DNA of 64,000 bases from Centroscyllium fabricii. Taxonomy: Eukaryota. This document shows positions 37,601 through 52,100 of the stretch, piece after piece. Within the stretch, counting starts at the first letter, position 1, and the number at the start of each line of letters is the position of its first letter. The stretch is taken from the NCBI GenBank assembly GCA_051313645.2, contig JBNRSN020000002.1, positions 323,764,001-323,828,000 on the forward strand. The letters run 5' to 3'. Under the pieces are notes generated by a model. It worked only from the letters and a program-made list of their open reading frames with translations. It was not told the origin of the DNA and searched no databases. The translations under genes were made by a program, and so were the position numbers.

Positions 37601-40600
37601 TCTTACACACGCCAGAGCAATTTGTGTTCGATATAGTCATCTTGTGCTGTCAAACACATGGTCAAGTGCAGAAGCCAATCTTTGATACTGGACACAATTG
37701 TGTTCAATGGACTCCATCTATAATTCTATCTCACGCACACAGACATACAGCACAAAACGTGCATCATTTTTCTGGCTTAGCTGATGTATATTAATGAATC
37801 AATATTTTAAGATTAGAAATAGAATTTTACTAAGTATTGATATATTTTAAAAACATAACATGGCCGATAATAACACGCTAAGCTCTATTATTATAATGCC
37901 GGAATTACAAATATTAAAGACATCGTACCATTTTCTCCATATTTTGCCCGGCTGTTTGATGACACGCATTTTTAAATGAAAACTCTCTGCGCGTTATCTT
38001 CTTACCCGTGGAAAATTAATAAGGTTGTTTTGTCAGCTGACAACCTTTTTAAATATTATTTCACCAGGGAAATCAAAGCTTCGCCCCAGATTATAGGTCG
38101 GTATTTTTTGGATTTATGTGATTTACGGTAACCATGGCAACTAATGCTGACTGTTCGCCCCCCCCCCCAATTCTCCGCTACAAAAACTCGCAGTTTTAAT
38201 CAAACGGGTGGGTGTGGGCTTTTACTGCCCATCGCTGTTTGCCTGTTGATGAAGGGGAAGATGAAAGCGCACAGGTAAACAGTGAAGTTCAGGTTGAAAA
38301 ACATTTTTTTAAATTGTGGTAACAGTTTCTATGACAACAGTAATCATCGCTCCCCCTCGTTCCTTCCTGGTTTCAGTTGCATCCTTTACCAAGGACATCT
38401 CGCAACCGAAACCGCCCCAATCAGCAGCAGAAAAGCGCTTTAGAAAAAAAAGTTTGTAACATACACAAATCCTAACCGTCCTTGACAAATAAGCGAGACT
38501 CTAATCTAGGTTGAAAGTAGCTGATGTCCTTCAGGCAATAGAACTTGACCCAGGAAATTACTGAGTAAGTACGCAAGGAATTGAGGCGCTGCTGTTAATG
38601 TTGTGAACTTGTTGGGTTCATCGACTAACATTTAGCTCACAGGTATGACCTGACATCTTCCCAAATTACACCCGCGTTTGAATCAGAGTGGAGCTGGATA
38701 AAGCACACAGCTTAAGGTTCACGCATCTCGGTATAGCTAAACCTTGCATTGAGACTAAATATGGGAATCTCATAAGTTAATATGCATCTAACAGTGTGTA
38801 CTTCTCCACGGGCTTGGATACTAGGGTGCTTCCAAGTGGTTTAAATTAGGCCTTTGGAATCCTTACAGTTTAATTGATGTCTGTAGCATTGGAAATGTTT
38901 TCCTGTGTTTAATATGTAAATGCCATTCACGTGCTTTAAATACATGTACCGGTTTGGGTAGAAGTTCAGTTTTAATACTCAGTCCCAACATGATCCCAAG
39001 GATGTGATGGCAAGGACGGTGTATAAATTGAAAATAAATTTCCAAACATGGCCGAACATCCCACACTCGCCATCTTAAAGTTTCAATATCAATATGCTGG
39101 ATTTTTATTCCCAAGAACAATTATTGAAATGTATCTATTAAAACCGAACCTACTGATCCGTCTGTCAACGTTTACGTTAAACGCTTGTAAGATTAATACG
39201 CGCGCATTTAAGGGTCAATCTGTACACATCGAAGTTCTCTCCTTAAAGGTAACGGCAGTGTACACGGCCGGAAACCCTCGGTGACAGTTAGTGCATCGTG
39301 AACATAAAATTGCACTGTTTTCAGTGGAGCTGTTTTATAGGCAGCCAGTCATTTAATTGATGAATGCGATTGAGAAAACTATTAAATTGTTCTTTTAATG
39401 ATGCGATGTTGTGATTTGCGCGATACATTCAACGCTGTCCAAAATAATTCCATTGAAAATAAATGGGGAAACGCAAGCCTCCAATTTCACGACGCCTCAA
39501 AGAAATGATAAAGGCCAGTGCATTGAAATTAATTTGCATTAATGATATTGTAGTGAACTGAAATCGAATTTTCAGTGTAAAACAAAGAATGTCGGCCCCA
39601 AAGTTTCGTAATAACGCGTTGACACAAATAAAGCAAAATATGTGAGTTTGGATCTTCCTACTCGCGTCAAACGTGCAATAAACAAGAATTCGGCAACAGC
39701 CGCCGATGTACTAAATCAATAAAACTACAAACTTCTTAAAATATGTATTAAGTTTGATCTCCTTCATTCAACCGCTCTCAAACTCAGGCTTAATTGTATT
39801 ATTAATGTTAATAGTCAAAGACACTTGAATTGAAGAGGGTAGGGAGAATCAGAGATTAACCAGGTACAGAAGTCGCTCGCCAGGTTGTGCCGTTTCCAGA
39901 AAGGTCCTCGGCCTGAGGACTGGCTGACTTCCTTCTGGGTCACATTCAGCACCCGAGAAAGAAAATATTTACTTTACGTCAGTACTTTATGATCATTTGG
40001 GAATTAGAAGACATTCAATAAGAAAACTGTCAGAACCCGTTTAAAGCCTATTTAAAAGACTTAAGCAAATTGAAGTCTTATCAGATTAAAAACCACTACA
40101 AATTGAAGAGCGCTCCCGCCATCATAGCTCGCGCGGTTCTGTGAGGGTGAATCTTCGCCAAATCTCAGGGATAGACGTTCGTTTAATGCAACTAATGAGC
40201 AGAATACCGATTAATTGAAAGCTTTTCGACAGGAGGGGAATCCAAATATTTATTGCTGGGCTTTTTTTTTGTATTTTATGCAGCTTTGGTGAAATGGTAA
40301 ACACGGAGGTTGAGCTACTGAGAAAGGGAAGTGTCAGAGCCCCCGTGTCACTACAAATCCTTCCTTATTAGCCTCGTCACCGGTATTCACGAGTCAGATT
40401 AATCAGGCAAAGAGCTTTCCGACTTCAAATTTTGCAGCTGGGCGCAAACCTGCTTTGTTTATTGAATCAAACATGTTTAAAGAACTATTACTGGACCAAA
40501 TCGATCAGAAGACGACGCCTTTATGTTCGCAGCTCGTCTCCTCAAATTTTAAATAATTGTAACAACCAGCATTGTTGGGATCTAAAAAATGTTTATTTTT

Positions 40601-42099
40601 TTTGGCTGGAGAATTCAAATCAGAGGATATATCTCCATGCGTTTAAAATCAGCAGAATGTACCAGATTTGAATACATGTCTTGGTACCAACACCCATTAA
40701 AACATATATTTTACATTCATTTTTATTTCTTGGTTGTTTTAACACTTAAACTGTCTTGTGTTTTTTTAACGTATGCGATAATAATTAGACATTATTTATT
40801 TAACGTATTCGGCACTGTCGCATGCGGAGGAATAATTTCACATCTCTGTATTTAGCGCTTTCTTTCCAGCCTATTTTAATTGTTATTTGAACTGTAGAGA
40901 CGGCACATTAGAAATAGAAGAGAATGCTGGAGATCTGAAATACAAACCAAAAATGCTGCGAATGCACAACAGGCTGGCCAGCGTCAGAATGAGATATTCT
41001 ACCAAGGGTTACACCAGAAACGTTAACCTATAACCTGCAGCGCTTTTCCAATACTCTTGTTAGTTGTAAACAATACCTAAACATTTAATCTCACTCGTTA
41101 CACACTAAATCACGCTAGTTATCAAGAATAATAGCACTGCTTGAAAAGCTCATCCTTTGAATTAATGTTGCCCATGTATGACAACCCATGCATGGAATCA
41201 AGCGATTATCTTGCAGTTTCGGTGCAAACTACGAAACTACAGTAATCTGAATTGTACAGCTATTTCGTTTCTTTTTGCTTTGCGGATGGATATTAACATT
41301 GTATCGCAATAAAGATATAACGATGTGATGTGAATCCGTAAATTAAGAAAGGATTACCATTGCAACTGTAAAACATATAGTTGTTTGTGTTTTATTAATA
41401 ATGCCAATATTGATAACTTGTATCAAGAAAGCACTTAAATACTGGCTATGTCTTCCAAAGAAAAAGTAAATTACTACACATTCCAACGAGATGTGTATTT
41501 TTCCTAATTACTGAATTCTCCAGGTTTATTCTATCTTTATTGATGTTGCCAATCTGTTGTGCCGCACACCAAATATGAATCGATACATTGGCAACCTACT
41601 CAAACAGTAATAGGGTGATCAGAATGAATAGCTTCCCCTCCGCTTGATGTGATACTATTGTTTTATTTAATCAAGCTCTCAAAAGGTACGTTCCGTACCA
41701 GGGAGATTGAGCATAGTTTACCTGGTTTTTATTTTGGAATGGGCAATATTTATTGTGTAGGACAAATTTACCAACTTGTCTCCAAAAACTTTTTTAAAGC
41801 ACAGAAGTGATCGAACCACGGTTGGATATAAAGCTTCTGATACGAAGAAGGTGCTTAAGATATGTCGCCATCGGAAATGAATGTTACCGTAACCTGTTAC
41901 TGTTAACTGGCGTGTTTTTAATCTTCGATAACCCAGTGGCATTACAAATTAGTTGTGCAATTAATAATAACGTGCATGGGATTTTAAGTGACAATGAAAA
42001 TATGCAGTTTCTATTTTCTTGCTTTCAGTCACAATAACCCGCTTTGGCCGCGTTGCTTGCTGTCAGTGAGTGGAAAGCATCTCTTCAGGTGCATTCTGG

Positions 42100-42345
42100 G
42101 CGCTCACACGCCCCTCGGCCCTCGCGCGCTGCTGACGTCACAGACGCGGGCGGGGCGGGCACCGGCCCTGGCGGCCCTGATTGGTTGGGTGAGGTCCCGG
42201 CATTGGCTGGAGTCCCGCCCTCTCGGCCTTTTCACGGGCCGGGAAGCCGCGTCAATCTGCATGAGTGACAGGGAGGAGGCGGAGGCCCGCGGGGAGGAGG
42301 GACGGTGCAGGTTATCAGAGGCGGCTTCGCTCTTAAAGCCACTGG
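42100..42345 (+). promoter_or_regulatory. pitx2: Pitx2c internal promoter (small CpG island)
   Basis: CRE TGACGTCA at 42133-42140, GC boxes GGGCGGGGCGGG, two ATTGG (reverse CCAAT) boxes, TATA-like CTTAAA at ~42332. About 400 bp upstream of the Pitx2c ATG. Confidence 0.75.
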
Positions 42346-42729
42346 CGAACAGGCAGCGCGTTTGCGGCAGGAGCAGCGGCAGCCTGAGGATCCTTATCTG
42401 CAGTTACCTATCCCTGTCACTCGGACACACACACACACACACACACAGTGTCAGCCCGGAATAATTCATTCATTGTAACCTCACTGCTTCATCTCCTCTG
42501 GCACACGTTCATTTCTGCACGGGCTTTAATGAAGACAGCAGCTCGAAAGCGCATTTCGAAGAGCTGTGCAACTATTTACTGAAGGTTTGTGCACTGCAGC
42601 TCCTGGATCACCCCACCCCCCCAGATCATTGCATCCCCCATTGGACTTGTTTTTTTAGTGTAAGGTGGGCTGCGAGGAAATTTAATCCTCTGTGGAAACG
42701 TCGCTTCGGCTGCTTGTATTTGTTTATAG

Positions 42730-42913
42730 ATGAACAGTGCAAAAGATCCGTTGACTTTGGACCACCTTAGAAACAGCAGCCGCGGTAATAAACTGGTGCG
42801 GGATCAGACAGCTTTAGCCATGGCTTCGGGTTTGCAACCAGTACGAACAAGCGAGCCCAAGCACCGGCTCGAGGTTCACACTTTATCGGACACCTCCAGC
42901 CCTGACACGGGAG
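42730..42913 (+). CDS. pitx2: Pitx2 exon 4 coding part (Pitx2c N-terminus)
   Basis: MNSAKDPLTLDH..LAMAS..KHRLEVHTLSDTSSP matches Pitx2c. Donor G|GTAAGG, phase 1. Confidence 0.95.
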
Positions 42914-43637
42914 GTAAGGCCTTTTCGTTCCACATGACACCGCATCGATTGCACTCCCGTCGGACATTGTGCCACTTCCTTATTTTATGGCATAACTTTA
43001 TTGCGTCTCCGAAAAAGAAATGCAATGCGTTTTGGCATCAGCAATAATTTTCTTAGTACGAGATAATATGTTCAATTCTACACATGGTATATCTACAAAT
43101 TGCACCGTTTCTGATTTATATCTCTATGGATGTGCAATGAAATGTTATATGAAATATTGTTTGCTATAAATTAAACACTGGTAGGGATATTACATATTCA
43201 TTTAATTATTACAGTCTAAAATGGGGCTTTCATCCGCATGTGTAAGGAAAGATGTTTTGCATTTGCCAATGAAGGGAACAGCTTGTTTGTATTTTATTGA
43301 CCCTGAAAAAAACACGCAGTTGTCTGGGTATAAATCAGGCACTGAAATAAATTGTACCTGTCATTTTTGTTTCTTTATCACAAAAATCCTTGCATAACTC
43401 TACAAACGTACAAATAAAATCTATAAAACAATGCGCAACAATAAACTATCGTCGTTTAAAGGGGAAACAAATGTATTTAATGTAACCTCTTAACCGTGAG
43501 TTACTAGAATTTAAATCCGCAATATCGCTGGTCGTCATGCACTGGAAAGTACATTTGAGATGTGGGATATATAGCTCATTGTTTTTCGTTGGCACTTTCT
43601 TTCCTTGGATGTCTAAGTTCACCATTTGTTGAAGTAA

Positions 43638-43895
<258 letters not shown>

Positions 43896-44269
43896 TAATC
43901 TTGAATGCCTTCCCTGACCGTTCCCTTACCTATGAGCAAGAACATTTACAAAGTAATTTTGAAGACCAGATCTGAATCAGACTACAACATTAAATTATGT
44001 CAGAATATAATCATTAATACAATTGTGCGCATTGATAACTTTCTTGGAATTATTTACATTAAGCAAGATAGACTGTAATGTCTTGTCACAATCACATATT
44101 CCTGCCATCTCCTGATAGCATCTATTAATAAAAGGAGATAAGCAAAGTTTGGACCAGATCTTGTAATATTGCCCAGTGTAACAAGTCCATCGATATGTTC
44201 TTCTTTCTAAATTAAAATGTAATACTGATTTCACACTGGGATTCAGTTTAACATTAGTTTGCCGGTGTA

Positions 44270-44810
44270 GAACAGCAGTTGTGTAAACAATCCCGTGTAA
44301 CAGGCCATTGTGATATCTGTCTGAGCTCACATCCCAATACACAAATGTCGCTGCGTGCTGAGAAGGAGACGTCTCCCTGTGCTGAATGTGGATTGCGAGA
44401 ACTGTGAAAAAAGAGGATTTTCCTTATGGCTGACATGGTTCATTAGGTTTCACTTAGCACCTCCAACAATAGATAGATAAATACATACATATATATATGG
44501 AAAGTCGTTAGTTGGTGCAAAGTATCTCAATCGTTTATGATCCGCACCTCCGTAGAAACCCGTAAAATTCGCGTGTCGGCGGCGGATCTTTATTGATGAA
44601 GTGAAATCGGTATTCATGTATGTGTGACTGCCAAACAGGTAGTATATTGCGCAATCCAGTTGGTTATCAGGTTAGAGTGCAAGAAATGGAAACAGACCAC
44701 TCTGCATGTTTGTAAATAATGTATTGAACTGCAGACTAACTCTTTCCAATACATTTCGAACTATGCAATTTAAAAATAATTACATCTCGGAAAATACACA
44801 CCAGCGAAGG
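44270..44810. promoter_or_regulatory. pitx2: Candidate left-side asymmetric enhancer (ASE) with FoxH1 sites
   Basis: AATACACA at 44336-44343, TGTGGATT at 44387-44394 and AATACACA at 44793-44800, in the last intron where the mouse ASE lies. Confidence 0.65.
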
Positions 44811-45755
44811 GTAATGTGTTTTCCATTAGCCTTGTCTTTCCGAACGCATTAATGTATCCTTCAACACCCAGCGAATGGAATTTTGGTTATTGCTTTCACA
44901 CTGTACATTATGCTCTTACTGTGGTATGCCTGAATTATTCATTTACTAAACCTTCCAGATGACAAACAATGCGAGAAGCAGCATTGGATCACAACATTCA
45001 CAATCGATTATTGTCGCAATCACAGAGTTTAGCCACATTCGTAGAATCATTTGCGTTATTGGCTATATTTTGGATTACTATGTGTGTTAATCTGCTTAAT
45101 TTACCTTCACACTTATTCATTGTGTTTTTCTCTCACACAGAAACAGCATCAAAAATAAAGTACTCTAAATAACAAGTTTCCCAATAAGATGAATTGTACC
45201 GTTTTACGGCACCTTTTGTGATTGCCTTTCCGAATAGCCCGTTGAGATTAATTAATAAACCTCCCGGTTATATTGATGCTTCTTAATTATAAGTCTGAAA
45301 CAAATGTTAAGTGATTGCCCGAAGATTTTGTTGAAGAACATCATATTAAAAGTTGCTGATCTCATTTATTTATTCGGAACTTCGGCGATTAAATATTCCA
45401 TTAAAATTAATGATATGGTCTATGTTTTTGCATAAGTTATCTTCCCTATTTAAGTACTCAGTAGGTTAGTCTTGTAGTATATTTGTAATAAAAGACCCAA
45501 TACCTATTTCCATATCCGTTACACCAAATGTTTGTGACTTCCCTCTATGATTGAAAAACCACAGACCCATCTGACTGATTTATTAGGTCCCAAAAGGACA
45601 AGCTGTTTGCTGGAACACAATTATAATTGGACCGTTTCATGTGTACTTTATCTGTTATTATTTAAATGCACAGATGGTTTCGATGTGTGCTGATGAATCT
45701 TTTTTTTCATTCTGTTGCATGTTTCTGAAAACAAGACTGTTGTTTTCCCCTTTAG

Positions 45756-46319
<564 letters not shown>

Positions 46320-46860
46320 GAAATAAGATGAAACTTCTCAGACTGACGGACTCCAAGAAATAATTTAAAATATAATGGGCACTACAGACAAAACCACTGG
46401 ACCTGTGTAGCTAACCCCCACAGAGCCGACTTTCTAATTTAAGGGAAAAGCGCAAGTGTTATTTCCTCCCTTGACACCCCGTTTGCAAATATTTTTCATC
46501 AGATAAAGGGACGTTTGATCGTTAAAAGAAACACTCTGATTATTTGACTGGATATCACCTTTATTAATACTATATAAGCTTGTTATTTTTAAGTTCAGCA
46601 TTGTGATAATAAAAGAAATGTTTGGCGGAACGGATGTGTATATATCGAAATGTCAAATTAATTTTATAAAAGCAATTGTTAGTAATATCACGCCAGTGTT
46701 TTTGAAGTTACATAAAAAATAAAGCATGTCACGCGGAAGCTTGAAGGATTATTTCCGCTTAAAAGCGAGGGAATGTATATACTAACTGCAACTCTTGTAT
46801 GTTTCAAACACTGTCTATTATTATTAATTATTATTATTAAAAGTCTGTGTGGATATCAGT
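46320..46860 (+). other. pitx2: Pitx2 3' UTR with AU-rich tract and poly(A) signals
   Basis: AATAAA at ~46608 and ~46718, ATTAAA at ~46836, ATT-repeat tract, miR-21-type seed match ATAAGCT at 46574-46580. The end is approximate. Confidence 0.65.
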
Positions 46861-49800
46861 TTTAAGACTAGTACCTCTGGTTGTAAGGTTCAGTGATGTT
46901 TCGGGGGGAAAATAATGTACAACTTATCCTGTGTATAAAATTGGCTTCGGCGTTACCTGTTTCTTTTTCAAGTCAAAAAGAACTGAAGCATTGTGCTTTC
47001 CTGGGACGACAAATACACCGTAAAACCATTTTGTCTAATTGGATCGTTTTTGTATTGAAGTCTTTAATCCATAGAAGTACAACTTCTGAAAAAAAAATTA
47101 CAAGATACATAACAAAAAAAATTCAAAAGCGTTGTCCATCTCCTGACTCCATACAGATCTGACACGGAAACTCCTTTTTAACAGTGAAAGACGCGCAGCA
47201 CCAACACCAGTTTAATGACCATCTCTGGAGCGTTTGTGCACCTCAAAACTGATCACAGACATAATACAGGTCTCAAGGAACTCGGATATTGTTTTAGCAA
47301 ACAAAACAATCACGTGAAAATCAGGTTACCTGGTCAAGCTTCTGCCGGAGATAATTCCAAGATGTTATCGCATTATTAAACAAATGAAATAAATCAATAC
47401 ATTCCAATATATCGCGGATATAAATTACTGGTGAACATCGATTAGCAGCGCTGTAAGGTTAGTTTGATTTAAAACTGTAAGGATATTACTGACAGTTACC
47501 TTCGGGCTGAACTCCAAACATCTTATGTTCAAAAAGCCTATTTTCAGAAAGTACTCGATGGGTGCAGATCATAACCAGCATCAGATGCACCTTGGGCTTT
47601 TCCATTTTGTAACCGATTTGGGGTAAAAGGGCATTTTTCAGAATCACGGGTTCAAAGGCCATATTACATTTTTCGATGACTTTATTAGGCTGATTTTACC
47701 TTATTAAAGGTCAGACAGTTAGTGTTTGGTTATTAATAATGTTGATCTAGCATTCTCCTGTGTGAGGCCTGTTTGCACATTAAATCATACAGGATTATGT
47801 CGTGTAGGGTCCATAATGAGAGTGCAAATGAAGATAAATTATACAGTAGTATACCAGTCACATGATCTGATTGGGATGGGGGCTGTTATGCGAAACAAAA
47901 AGACGATTCTTGTTCAATAAAGCCCAGATACTTAGGACAGAAATGGAAGTGCTCCTAATTGATTGAACGTCATGCAAGAAAATACGTTATGAAAAATAAA
48001 AGCATTTTTTTACAAAATTAAAAGTTTTGTTTCAAAGTGTGCATTAAAACAGCAACCTCTCATCGGTAGATGTGTGAACTTTATGACACCACTTAAGACT
48101 GAGATCAAATATGTTTTTAACGTTTTATGAAAGATTGTATATTAACTCTTAAAAGCACCATGCCATTAATGGGAGCAAAGACAAAGTGGCTGGACGAAAA
48201 TACCTTCCAGTTTAGTTTCCATCCAGCACTGAGGTAGACAGTTTTGTGGATTGGGAGATCGTTGCCATTCAAACCCCTGGGGAAGGTTATGCAACGCTAA
48301 TTTACTGAAGTGTTAAAAAAAATCAACGCGCGCTTTTATGAGGTGCCTTCAGACATACCACAAAGTATTGAGACAGAGATGCTAACCAAAAACCGGATTG
48401 AACGCGTATCTACCTCAGCTTCGGTCACCTATTAAGTATATATTATATAAAAGTCAGCAACCAGACTAAAATGGCAGTCAGACAGGAGGTGCAAACTGCC
48501 GAGTTCCAAATCTAAAGGTTCAGAGTCCGTAAGGAGAATTAATAAGGAACATGATCAAACTTGGCAACAACCCTCGCCCTACTGGATAAATGGATTAAAA
48601 AAATAAAAATCAACGAGATGGATTAGATAAAAGTTTGAAGAGAAGTGTGGAAAGTTTAGAATATTGTTTCTATTTTTGGCGCCACGCGGCAGAGACGTCG
48701 CTCGCAGAGACGTGTGCGTTCAGGTCGAATGGAGCTCGTTGCGGGACTTTTGACTTTTTAAGGCTTTCGTTGTAAGTAAATTCAATTACGTTTCCCCAAA
48801 TGATATTTATCACGAGCGGTCTGGACGTGTTCCTGAATGGCCTGCGTAAATCAGGAACACTTTTACTGCCAATTGCTGTTCTGCCCGTGGGTTAGGAAAA
48901 TACAAAATGCTGATGAAAAATGTCGGGGAGAGTCGCTACCCTTTTCTTTCTGGACGCGCTAACAATGTGGACAATGTTCGGTTTATTAGAAAGCAAATTG
49001 TCAGTGTGCTTCGGTCTGTATAATCTCTAAAGGGACCGATTAAAAAAAATCACAAAACAAAATAACATCGACTTTCCCTTTTGATTAACAATGTTTTCAA
49101 ATCGACCCCCTTTTATTTTTTCCCAAACCATACGCACGATTAGGCGAAGCTGCAAAAGGCATTCTTCATATTTCTATTCCCTTTATCTCGTTTCTCCCTG
49201 GGCGGAATTGGTTCACATTTGATATATTTCAAACTGGAAGAAAGCAGACATTACGCTACCATAATGTTTGACTTTTTCTTCCCGCTGACGTCCCTCATAT
49301 TTGATGAAATCTGCAGCCTGTTACTCCGCCATTCTCTCTCGCTCGGAAACCCTAGGTTGCAGTGTTACTTATCCCGAAGCAAGTTCTCTCTTCTGAATGG
49401 GCAGAGATGGAAACACCACTTTCCAGTAAAGACGACCTCAGCGGGGAACAAACAATGGTGTCTGGGTTTGGGGGACCCAATACACATCCCAATCCACACC
49501 GGAGCTGCTCTGTGTTTTCAGTCCAGTCTGATTTAACACATTGCCGTCAATCTGCGGCAGGCAGCTCTCAGCAAACGGCACTGAGAGAGTTTAAGGACAA
49601 TTACAAAGAAAAGTAAGTGTCTTCAAAATGGTCTATTTTATTTTAATCCGACTCTATCCATTGACTCTAAAATAATGTTCAATAGTGTAAGGAATGTCGT
49701 GGGTTGGGTTTCTGTTCAGTTTATAGTTTCCGCTGAAAAGCTCTCGATAATAGATTGGGTCTGTTGTCACAGAAAGGGACATTGCAGCTCTTCCACCTGT

Positions 49801-51901
49801 AGATAAAGAATTATAGAATGGTAGCAATATGTTTCGTTCCGCAGTCTCTGTATAGGCCGTTGTTGTTTTGTGTTTGTTGATCAGTCTATTGTAACAGTTA
49901 CTTTCTATAAACAGAAACCTGCCGTGGCTTGTAAACCCAGTTTCTCTGCCAATATTGCATGTTCCTGGAAGAGACAAACGAGAAAGAGGGCACGGCATTG
50001 TATTAACAGGCGTTTTATTTAACCTTCCAGAAATGACCAGATGACTAGTTGTGTCACCATCGCCACCTCGCCAACTATAGGATAACCTTCAATATAGATA
50101 AAGGAACAAAGGGATTCTTTGAAATGAATTATAATAGTCCCCCGAGTGAGCTATACAGAGTAACAATTTACAGTTCTAGTCCTCCACTCCATTATATAGA
50201 TTCTGGCAATTAAAAGCAAGCTGCGAAAAATATTCACCAGTGTGGGTAGAGTTCCATTCTCCCAGTCCCATCTTGATTTATTTCGACCTATTTGTAAGAA
50301 TAAATGATTGGCAGGATGGGGGGCTCGATTAATAAGAAGGTCAACTTGGTCCTTGGCTCGAAGCTCGGTCTGCCGAAGCATTTGCCAATGTGATCTAATT
50401 AGGAAAATGTGACCCATGCGTTTAATTTTTTGATATTTTTCCTGTAATTCGAATAAGCAGGAATGTGTTAGTCAGCCGCTCCAGTGCGAGACCTTTTCTC
50501 CTAAATTCGATTGTAATTCCGTACAAAGTGTAGGTAAGAATGATGATAGGTAAAACACACGCAGAATCAGTAGCCCAGCGAAAGCGCACAATGATCACAA
50601 TCAACAATCTCCATACAAACCTGAGCCAATGTTCTTGTTATAAACGCCTGATCCGGGTGTGTGCTCCTTCGACGTTAGTTGGTCGGGTTTCTTACAGTTA
50701 CTGTATTTGTTTTGAACTGATTAGAAGAAAACAAGTTGAGCGATTCATTTTACATTCTCCCCGGGCCAGATATAGCAAAGCTATTCAAGGCCCCTTATTT
50801 AATTGGAATTTAAGTGCTTTTTGTTTCCAGGAGGGAACACAACCCTGCCTTTTTTCGATTAGTGCAAAAATAAGCTCACATCGGCATGCTTGGTTTGCAA
50901 GTCATGTCGGATGGCGTATTGAAGAATGTTCTGTGAAGAAGTCACAGCGACAACACGTGTTGCTGTCTGGCTGCAATTTCGGTTCAGTATCTTTCATATT
51001 CAATTTCACGGAAATGCGGCAGCTTTGGTCGCGGGGGTGTCAGAACGCCGACTCTCCGACATGACGACCTTTACAGCTCTTGAGCATTGACTCCATGCCT
51101 CATAATTTAAAGCGGTGGGTTAAAGGCTACAGTTTGCTAATTAACGTTGACCCGAATCAGAGCAAACTCTTGGGGTTCCACAACTGCAGATAGCAAGAGA
51201 CAAACGTTCAGCAGCAAGTTGTTATTGAGCACTTTAACGTCACATTCCCTTATTTGGCTTGCACACGCATATGCTTACCCGATGTTTGCAGAAATAAGCA
51301 AATGCTATTCCTTTTGTTGTATTCCCTTTGTTAACACATCTGTGTGTTTGTGTTGCAGGCCCACCTCAGTAACGGGGCACACAGCGAATGCTGCGGAGAT
51401 ACTGTCACACTCTGTGGATGCTGTAAACTCACGAGCAGCACTTGCAAAGTTTACATTAAATGGCACAGTAACATAAATATTTACAGCCTTAATGTCTGTG
51501 GTGTATTTAAAACAAAATTAAATCAACTTCAAAACAAATTCTTCCAGTAGGGATGCTGAACTCTTTCACTTTGAAATGTAACCCATTCAGTATTAAGACT
51601 GAAACCCGAGTGCTATTTAACAAAATACTGACTTCACCTTTGATTCTGTGTAGAATTAAATAAGTTGATACTGGCCTGGCCAAATTTGAATAAAAACAAT
51701 TGTTTTCTGAAATGATTGAAACTTGAAATTTTTGGTCGTTTTTCAGATCGAAACGATTTATCCCAGAGTGCTTGAATAGAGAAAGAATGCATTTTTAAAA
51801 GAGAAAAAGTTGTTAAGAATCTGGTACCAGATAGACGAGGAATCGAGTCATTTTGGAGTCCGATTCATATTAATGGCATTGCTATGCTTGATTGTAACGT
51901 G

Positions 51902-52100
51902 ATGTGGAGGTGCCGGTGTTGGACTAGGGTGGACAAATGCAAGAAGTCACACAACACCAGGTTATAGTCCAACAGTTTTATTTTAAATCACAAGCTTTCG
52001 GAGCGTCTGCCCCTTCGTCAGGTGAACGAGAAGCTGACTTAAAGAACGCACATAGCTTGTGATTTAAAATAAAACTGTTGGACTATAACCTGGTGTTGTG
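51902..52100 (-). mobile_element. Short Penelope-like element with partial inverted repeat and minimal hammerhead motif
   Basis: 13-bp flanking duplication TGATTGTAACGTG (51889-51901, 52101-52113), an internal inverted repeat, and a CUGACGA...GAAA core on the - strand. Confidence 0.7.

Noticed and set aside
41988-42464. 158-aa ORF upstream of Pitx2c
   Set aside because: It overlaps the GC-rich promoter and a CA repeat, and has no protein similarity I recognise.
50540-51476. 174-aa and 109-aa ORFs downstream of Pitx2
   Set aside because: No recognisable domain, codon bias or splice structure.
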